Positions 58,386 to 64,000 of a DNA stretch of 64,000 nucleotides are shown one piece after another. A model generated the notes under the pieces. It did not search any database, had not been told where the DNA came from, and saw only the letters and a program-made list of their open reading frames with translations. Where the stretch lies: positions 10,477-74,476 of the forward strand of contig PFMD01000002.1 of NCBI GenBank assembly GCA_002784945.1. Reading direction: 5' to 3'. The DNA is from Candidatus Kerfeldbacteria bacterium CG_4_10_14_0_8_um_filter_42_10. GTDB lineage: Bacteria; Patescibacteriota; Patescibacteriia; UM-FILTER-42-10. Positions within the stretch are counted from its first letter, which is position 1. The number at the start of each line of letters is the position of its first letter. Both the position numbers and the translations under genes were made by a program.

Positions 58386-59275
58386 AAGTAGGTATAATTA
58401 TCTTAAATTGGAATGGCTGGAAAGACACCCAGGAATGTTTAAAATCATTGGTACAAATTACTTATTCCGATTTCTTTGTTACCGTTATAGATAACGGTTC
58501 GGATAACAACGAAGCGCAACGGATAATTTCAGAATTTGGTAAGTTCGCAAGAGTTATTAGTCTGCCGAAGAATCTAGGATACGCCAGGGGTAATAACTTC
58601 GGTATCCAGCACTCTTTGAAAGAGGGGGCGGAAGCTGTTTTATTGTTAAATAATGATGTTGTAGCGGACAAAAATTTCCTTAATTTTCTAGTTAATAAAT
58701 TAAAAGAGGATCGTGTTGGCATCGTTGGTCCTAAAATTCTTTATTATCACGAAAAAAACAGAATCTGGTATGGCGGAGGCACATTTCACTGGTGGACTGG
58801 ACTGGCATTCCACTATGGTGAGGGAAAATTGGATTCGCCGGCGTATAATAAAACTAGAGAGGTTTCCTTTATTACAGGATGTTCAATGCTAATAAAAAAA
58901 GAAGTTTTTGAGAAAATTGGTTACTTGGACGAAGAATATCAATTATACTGGGAAGACGCTGATTTTTGTTATCGAACCTTTAAAAAATGTTTTAGTCTGT
59001 GGTATGTTCCAGAAAGTCGGATTTGGCACAAAGTATCAAGAACGATCGGAGAGGGCAGTCCGAAACGAAGTTACCTCGTTACAAAAAGCCGTATTCTTTT
59101 TATGAAAAAACATCTCTCAAAATTACAATGGTTGATTTTTGCAACGCTCTTTACATTTTACAAAATACCTTTAAAAATCTTCCATTGTCTACATAAGGGA
59201 AGAATAGAAAACTTAAAGGCGTTCTTTATAGGAATTAAAGATGGGTTAATTAATTCAGATCAGAAATTCAAATAG
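58382..59275 (+). CDS. GT2 glycosyltransferase (rhamnosyltransferase-like)
   Basis: LNWNG, DNGS, NLGYA.GNN, LLNND, GCSML, Y.ED.D, WHK. Confidence 0.9.
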   Translation: MKVGIIILNWNGWKDTQECLKSLVQITYSDFFVTVIDNGSDNNEAQRIISEFGKFARVISLPKNLGYARGNNFGIQHSLKEGAEAVLLLNNDVVADKNFLNFLVNKLKEDRVGIVGPKILYYHEKNRIWYGGGTFHWWTGLAFHYGEGKLDSPAYNKTREVSFITGCSMLIKKEVFEKIGYLDEEYQLYWEDADFCYRTFKKCFSLWYVPESRIWHKVSRTIGEGSPKRSYLVTKSRILFMKKHLSKLQWLIFATLFTFYKIPLKIFHCLHKGRIENLKAFFIGIKDGLINSDQKFK

Positions 59276-60351
59276 GCCAGTATTTTATTCTGAAAATTAA
59301 TTTCATCATACTTTTGAATATCAGCTTTCAGTAATCGACGATAATCGTCCTTTTTATCATCAGGCATATCTAACATATTTTCTAATTTTTCTACGGCATT
59401 ATCAAGCTCATTGAATCTAAATTCCTTGAATCTAACCACTTCTTGCTGCCCTCCTGAATTATGTACAAGGGGTAAACATCCGGCAGCTACCGCTTCGACA
59501 GTTGAAAGCCCAAAATGCTCCTCAATTGTGGTATGTAAGAAAATCAATGAACTGCAAAGAACCTGTTTTAATTGGTTGAAATTGGCATTAGGAAGCAACG
59601 TTATATTTTGAACAGAATCCAATTTAATTTTTTTCAAAATTTTTCTAAAATAAGCGTCATTTTTAACAGAACCGACAAAGGTGAATTGAACTCTCGGAAA
59701 TTTTTTAGCAATTTCGATCTGCAAAAAATAATTTTTTTCTCGACTGAATCGGCCTATAGAAACAATGCCAGAACGATTGGGGTTTCTATTACAATAAAAT
59801 TCATTTAAATTTACTGGCGGATATATAATGGGGATTTTTATACCGGTGGATTTTTCTATTTCATTTTGAATATATTCAGATTGAGTAATATTTATTATTC
59901 CTGGATGTATTCTTCGGAATTTTTTGATTCCAATTGAGGATAATATTTTAGTAATTAAAATATAAAAATATGTTGCTTTAGAAAATCTAGCCGCTCTTCG
60001 ATCGTTCAAAACATAGATATATTTAAGATATTTAGTGCTATTAAAAACTAGGGGGGGCTTATTGGTAAAATCATAAACAAAATCATATTTTTCCAAACTA
60101 TGCAAAATTGGATTCGAGAAAAATATTTCTTTAAGAAAATGAAAGATCTTAACATTTGGTGTATTTATTTTTATTAAATTAAATTTTACATTCTTGTTGT
60201 ATCTTGTCTCAATCTCTTCATATCTGACGTTTTCTTCAGTTAATATATCGGGTGTGATTAATTTTCTGTTCAAAGCTTCAATTAACGAAATAACATTTCT
60301 TTCTCCGCCTCCAAATACTTTTAAACTTCGAATTATAATTGCAACATACAT
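59260..60351 (-). CDS. GT4 glycosyltransferase (ALG11-like)
   Basis: GGGER, YPPV, GRFS.EK, EHFG...VEA...G, H.SGG. Confidence 0.88.
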   Translation of the reverse strand: MYVAIIIRSLKVFGGGERNVISLIEALNRKLITPDILTEENVRYEEIETRYNKNVKFNLIKINTPNVKIFHFLKEIFFSNPILHSLEKYDFVYDFTNKPPLVFNSTKYLKYIYVLNDRRAARFSKATYFYILITKILSSIGIKKFRRIHPGIINITQSEYIQNEIEKSTGIKIPIIYPPVNLNEFYCNRNPNRSGIVSIGRFSREKNYFLQIEIAKKFPRVQFTFVGSVKNDAYFRKILKKIKLDSVQNITLLPNANFNQLKQVLCSSLIFLHTTIEEHFGLSTVEAVAAGCLPLVHNSGGQQEVVRFKEFRFNELDNAVEKLENMLDMPDDKKDDYRRLLKADIQKYDEINFQNKILAYLNF

Positions 60352-60428
60352 TCTACTTGGAAATAAAAAATTAATATAATATTAATCAAAGCTTAACTAA
60401 TTTTGTCTATTATATAACTGTGTTTTTT

Positions 60429-62606
60429 TTATTCTTCCGAAATTGATTCTACATCACTTACTAAGTTCTCAATTTCATTTCTGTAATCCCGTTGCTCAAT
60501 ATCTCCTATTACTTTGTAAACAAAACTGCTCTCTTGCGACTGTTCGGTATTTAAAATATATTCTGTATACTTATATTTCAATGGATCGATTACCTTGTAG
60601 ATATCTAAACTTAATTCGTGATTGATAATTCGATTGGGAGGTATGTTATTCTGAAGTTTTCTAATTTTTTTCAATTCTATCTTACTGTTAGATTTTATAT
60701 ACCCAGTTATATTGGATTCTGCATTAAGTTTCTGATAAATAAAGTTATAGCTGCTAATTCTTTCTAAATTATCATCGGCATAACCGTCAAAAAAATTCGA
60801 ATTCTTACGGTCGGTGACAATATACACCTGGTTGTATTTTTTTATTAACTCTAGCAGACGATTTTCTGACTGGTTGTCTTTCCAGTTTATAATACTAATC
60901 AGATCGTTATCGTCGTTTTCCCAATTTGGGTATTGGCTAATAAGCGAAGGTAAATCATTTTCAAATTCCTCATTCCGGTACAAATCAAAATTCGGAAGAG
61001 CGTTGTAACTATAAAAATAATGTTGAAGAATGGCAATTTTTTGCCAGTTCCAACCAGGATTCATCAGGATTAATGAATCTCGGGGAAACTTGCTATTAAA
61101 TTCCTCCAATTGATCTCTAATCCCCTCGTGTTCTATTGCAAAGAATATGGGTCTGGTAAAAATTATGCCGATTAAAACTACCAAGAAAACCAAACCGACT
61201 ATTTTTTTTCTTTCCAGCCTTAATCTGACTAAAACAATGGCGGACAATATTATGAATAGAGGAATTAAAGTAGGGTAAAAACGCCTCATAAACCAGGGTT
61301 GATCCAAAGCAATATTGGGTTCAATGATGAATAAAAAGGCCGGCAGCAGCACGCTAGTTAAAATAAATTCTTGACTAGTAAATATTTTTTTTCTAAGACC
61401 GAATAGAATAACGAGGATGTAAATAAAATAGAAGTAAAAAACAAAGTTTTCTAAAACATACTGAGTCCGATAAAAAAACCAAGTCAGGTCGCCCGACTTT
61501 TCTAAAACAAAAATTGCCAGCTCAAACAGCGCTACTGTGCCTAAAATTATCCAAAACAAAAGCTTTTGATAATTAATCTTTTTCCGGATAAAGAGATAAA
61601 TCGCAACCAGAATGGCAAGAATTGAGATGATGGTCGATAAAACGTAAGGATTATTAAAATTAAATCCTTCTAAAACGTCAGTCGCCTGATTAATAATATA
61701 GTTAGCTTTATAGAATTTGACGTAATAATAAAAAAGGATAAAATTAGCAGCTACGGTTAAGAGTGGCAACAAGAACAGAAGGGTTTTGTCTCTTAGCTCT
61801 TTTTTATACTTAAAAATAATCAGAAAACCAGAAACAAGGAGATAAAAAACAAAAAAAATCAGTCCTTCGGCACGAGCTAAAGACAAAAGCGAAAAAGGAA
61901 TTAATCCGCAGAAGAGGTAGAGCGGCTTTTTTTTGCTTACTGCTTCACTCAGCATCCATAAGCCGAACCAGATTAAAAAGATAAAAACATTTTCAACATT
62001 AGTTCGCTTGGGAAACCATAAAAATACATAAGAAGATAATAAAAAAATCAGCGCTAAAAGAGAGCCTTTTTCCCCTGCCAAATTTTTTACCAAATAATAA
62101 ATAACGCCCAGTGTAAAGAACATTAATAAAACATTGGCCCAAAACAACAAACTTAGCCCACCAAATAAATAATAGACCGCTAAATATACAATATAAACGG
62201 GTAAAAATTGAGAAGTGAATAAATCACCTTCTAAATTGCGTACTCCGTGCACGGGACGAGAAAAATAATCTTCCCATTTCAAGGAGTGCGAATCCACTAA
62301 TCGATCCGCTCCATAAATATAGCTTAAATCATCCCGACTAGTGGGTAAATCATGATGGAAAAAGCCAATAATCAATACGAATAAAAAAATTAGGGTAAAA
62401 CATACAGCCGCTGTCTTATTGAAATTTTTCTTCGAGGCATTCCTTATTCCTAAAAAAAAGAAAAACAGCGAGATTAATACAAAGCCCGCCGTTACCGGCA
62501 TAACTACTCCATAAGTGAAATAACCAAAAACGGCCAATCCTAAAATAACGGTCAAATATATGCTAAAGGAAAGACAAATACTAAGAAAAGATTTTTTTAG
62601 CGGCAT
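60429..62606 (-). CDS. GT-C-like polytopic membrane protein
   Basis: RDD..Y loop, QFLP.Y, R..EN, R.EG, PWF.RRF.P; many TMs, soluble C-terminus. Confidence 0.65.
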   Translation of the reverse strand: MPLKKSFLSICLSFSIYLTVILGLAVFGYFTYGVVMPVTAGFVLISLFFFFLGIRNASKKNFNKTAAVCFTLIFLFVLIIGFFHHDLPTSRDDLSYIYGADRLVDSHSLKWEDYFSRPVHGVRNLEGDLFTSQFLPVYIVYLAVYYLFGGLSLLFWANVLLMFFTLGVIYYLVKNLAGEKGSLLALIFLLSSYVFLWFPKRTNVENVFIFLIWFGLWMLSEAVSKKKPLYLFCGLIPFSLLSLARAEGLIFFVFYLLVSGFLIIFKYKKELRDKTLLFLLPLLTVAANFILFYYYVKFYKANYIINQATDVLEGFNFNNPYVLSTIISILAILVAIYLFIRKKINYQKLLFWIILGTVALFELAIFVLEKSGDLTWFFYRTQYVLENFVFYFYFIYILVILFGLRKKIFTSQEFILTSVLLPAFLFIIEPNIALDQPWFMRRFYPTLIPLFIILSAIVLVRLRLERKKIVGLVFLVVLIGIIFTRPIFFAIEHEGIRDQLEEFNSKFPRDSLILMNPGWNWQKIAILQHYFYSYNALPNFDLYRNEEFENDLPSLISQYPNWENDDNDLISIINWKDNQSENRLLELIKKYNQVYIVTDRKNSNFFDGYADDNLERISSYNFIYQKLNAESNITGYIKSNSKIELKKIRKLQNNIPPNRIINHELSLDIYKVIDPLKYKYTEYILNTEQSQESSFVYKVIGDIEQRDYRNEIENLVSDVESISEE

Positions 62607-63444
62607 AGTACAGCCGAATAAAAGGAAGATAAATTAGCTTAATCAAATAATAGCACTTTTCTAAAGGATTGTAATATCGTCTTACTATTTTTGCTCGTGC
62701 CTTTATTTTCAATATAATTTTTTTCCATAGAAATTTATTAAAGGTAATTCTTTCCCCGCTATTCTCTTTATGAATAATATAACTGTTCGGAATCAAACCA
62801 AGCTGGAAACCGGCTTTTACTGCCCGCAGACTGTAGTCAACGTCTTCACCGTACATAAAAAAATTCTCGTCCAATAGCCCTATTCTATCTACTACTTCTC
62901 TTTTAATAAATAAAGCGCAAGCAGGTAACCAATCAACCGCGTTATTCTTATCCATTTCCTTAAGAATGTTTTTTTTGCTAAGATGATGTCCTATTTTAGT
63001 GGTAAAATGAGTCAGGATTTCTTTGCCGTGATAAATCTTGGCGCCGGCAAACCAAATTCTTTTCTCCCGGGGATATAGAATTATTGGACTGGCTAATCCC
63101 ACCTTTTGATTTTCCCGCAAATACTGTAAACCTTGGTCAATAAAATCAGGCGCCACTTCGGTATCTTGATTAAGCAGAATAATTGATTCGGCACCTAACT
63201 CCAACGCTTTTCTAATTCCAATATTATTCCCTTTCGCGAATCCTAGGTTGGTATTACTCTCAATTAAAACAATATCCTTAAAATTGCTTTTGATTATTTC
63301 CTTGGTTTGGTCCTTCGAATTATTATCAACAATGATCACTCCGAGAGACCCTTGGTCCTTTTGAGAATATAGAGAATTTAAACAATCTGCTATATACTGC
63401 TGGCCATTCCAAGTTACAATAATTACATAAATCTTATTTTTCAT
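62581..63444 (-). CDS. GT2 glycosyltransferase (rhamnosyltransferase-like)
   Basis: VTWNG, DN.S.D, NLGFAKGNN, LLNQD, FMYGEDVD. Confidence 0.9.
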   Translation of the reverse strand: MKNKIYVIIVTWNGQQYIADCLNSLYSQKDQGSLGVIIVDNNSKDQTKEIIKSNFKDIVLIESNTNLGFAKGNNIGIRKALELGAESIILLNQDTEVAPDFIDQGLQYLRENQKVGLASPIILYPREKRIWFAGAKIYHGKEILTHFTTKIGHHLSKKNILKEMDKNNAVDWLPACALFIKREVVDRIGLLDENFFMYGEDVDYSLRAVKAGFQLGLIPNSYIIHKENSGERITFNKFLWKKIILKIKARAKIVRRYYNPLEKCYYLIKLIYLPFIRLYYAAKKIFS

Positions 63445-64000
63445 TTTTTTCTATTATCACCACGAAATATCCTCCTAATCGGCCAAGCAAGGACTGGCTT
63501 AATTTTCTTTCCAAGGCAATAAAAATTGGCATTGTGGAAAGTTTTTTGCCTATTGCTAAAATTTTTATTCCGTAATATTCCGCTATTTTCCAATCTTTGG
63601 GCAAATAGCTCCTAATTTTTTTGAGGCTGTCGTATCTAATATAGACTTTCCGACGATTGATTAAATTATAGGCCCAGTTGGTAATTTTCTTTAAGCTATA
63701 AGGATTATAAAACTCCAAAATTAAAATACCGTCATCCTTTGCCACCCTTACCGCTTCCTCGATAACTTTTTTTATTTCTGGAATATGGGCCAGTACTTTA
63801 AAGGAGTAAACTAAATCAAAACTATTATCGGGGAAAGGAATTTCAGTAGCATTAGCCACTTGAACATTCAATTTTTTCTCTTTTGCTTTTTCTAACATAC
63901 CTGGCGATAAATCGATGCCTCTGGCTAAAGAGGTAAATTTATTCACTTCATTCAAAATAATTCCGGTGCCACAGCCAATCTCGAGAACATTTTTATTTTC
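63434..64000 (-). CDS. Class I SAM methyltransferase (5' end beyond the window)
   Basis: Frame open to the edge: ENKNVLEIGCGTG..., GIDLS..ML, PF.D.SFD, VL.H. Confidence 0.88.
   Translation of the reverse strand, partial: ENKNVLEIGCGTGIILNEVNKFTSLARGIDLSPGMLEKAKEKKLNVQVANATEIPFPDNSFDLVYSFKVLAHIPEIKKVIEEAVRVAKDDGILILEFYNPYSLKKITNWAYNLINRRKVYIRYDSLKKIRSYLPKDWKIAEYYGIKILAIGKKLSTMPIFIALERKLSQSLLGRLGGYFVVIIEKNEK

Overview
AT-rich bacterial chromosomal segment, genetic code 11 (TGA is used as stop). It is most likely from a Patescibacteria/CPR (Parcubacteria-like) genome. That is an inference from gene style: type IV pilus pilB/C/M/N/O with no secretin in the window, large minor pilins, an Asn-rich/TSP3 surface protein and few Shine-Dalgarno motifs. 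Left half: exported repeat protein (partial), pgeF-mraY, a GT-C glycosyltransferase, a type IV pilus locus split by a cysteine desulfurase, housekeeping genes (rpmA, pyrG, rplI, acyP, S41 protease, murA) and a PEGA protein. At 24.7-31.3 kb an rmlA-C-B-D (dTDP-rhamnose) operon is interrupted by a NUDIX / adenosine kinase / SAH hydrolase block, and that block is bracketed by two copies of an inverted 8-mer (TAGCT-core) repeat array. Right half (31.4-64 kb): a large surface-glycan locus. It holds GT2/GT4 enzymes, five SAM-dependent methyltransferases, a PglK-like ABC flippase, a Wzx, several GT-C-type membrane proteins, a vioA-MTase-wbqC-(beta-propeller x2)-MTase-GNAT-wecF-like sugar-decoration module, and an IS5/IS4-like element with an adjacent MITE carrying nested palindromes. 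The least explained signals are non-coding: several families of dispersed, structured intergenic repeats at gene junctions. All product calls come from motif recognition by eye; no database search was run.
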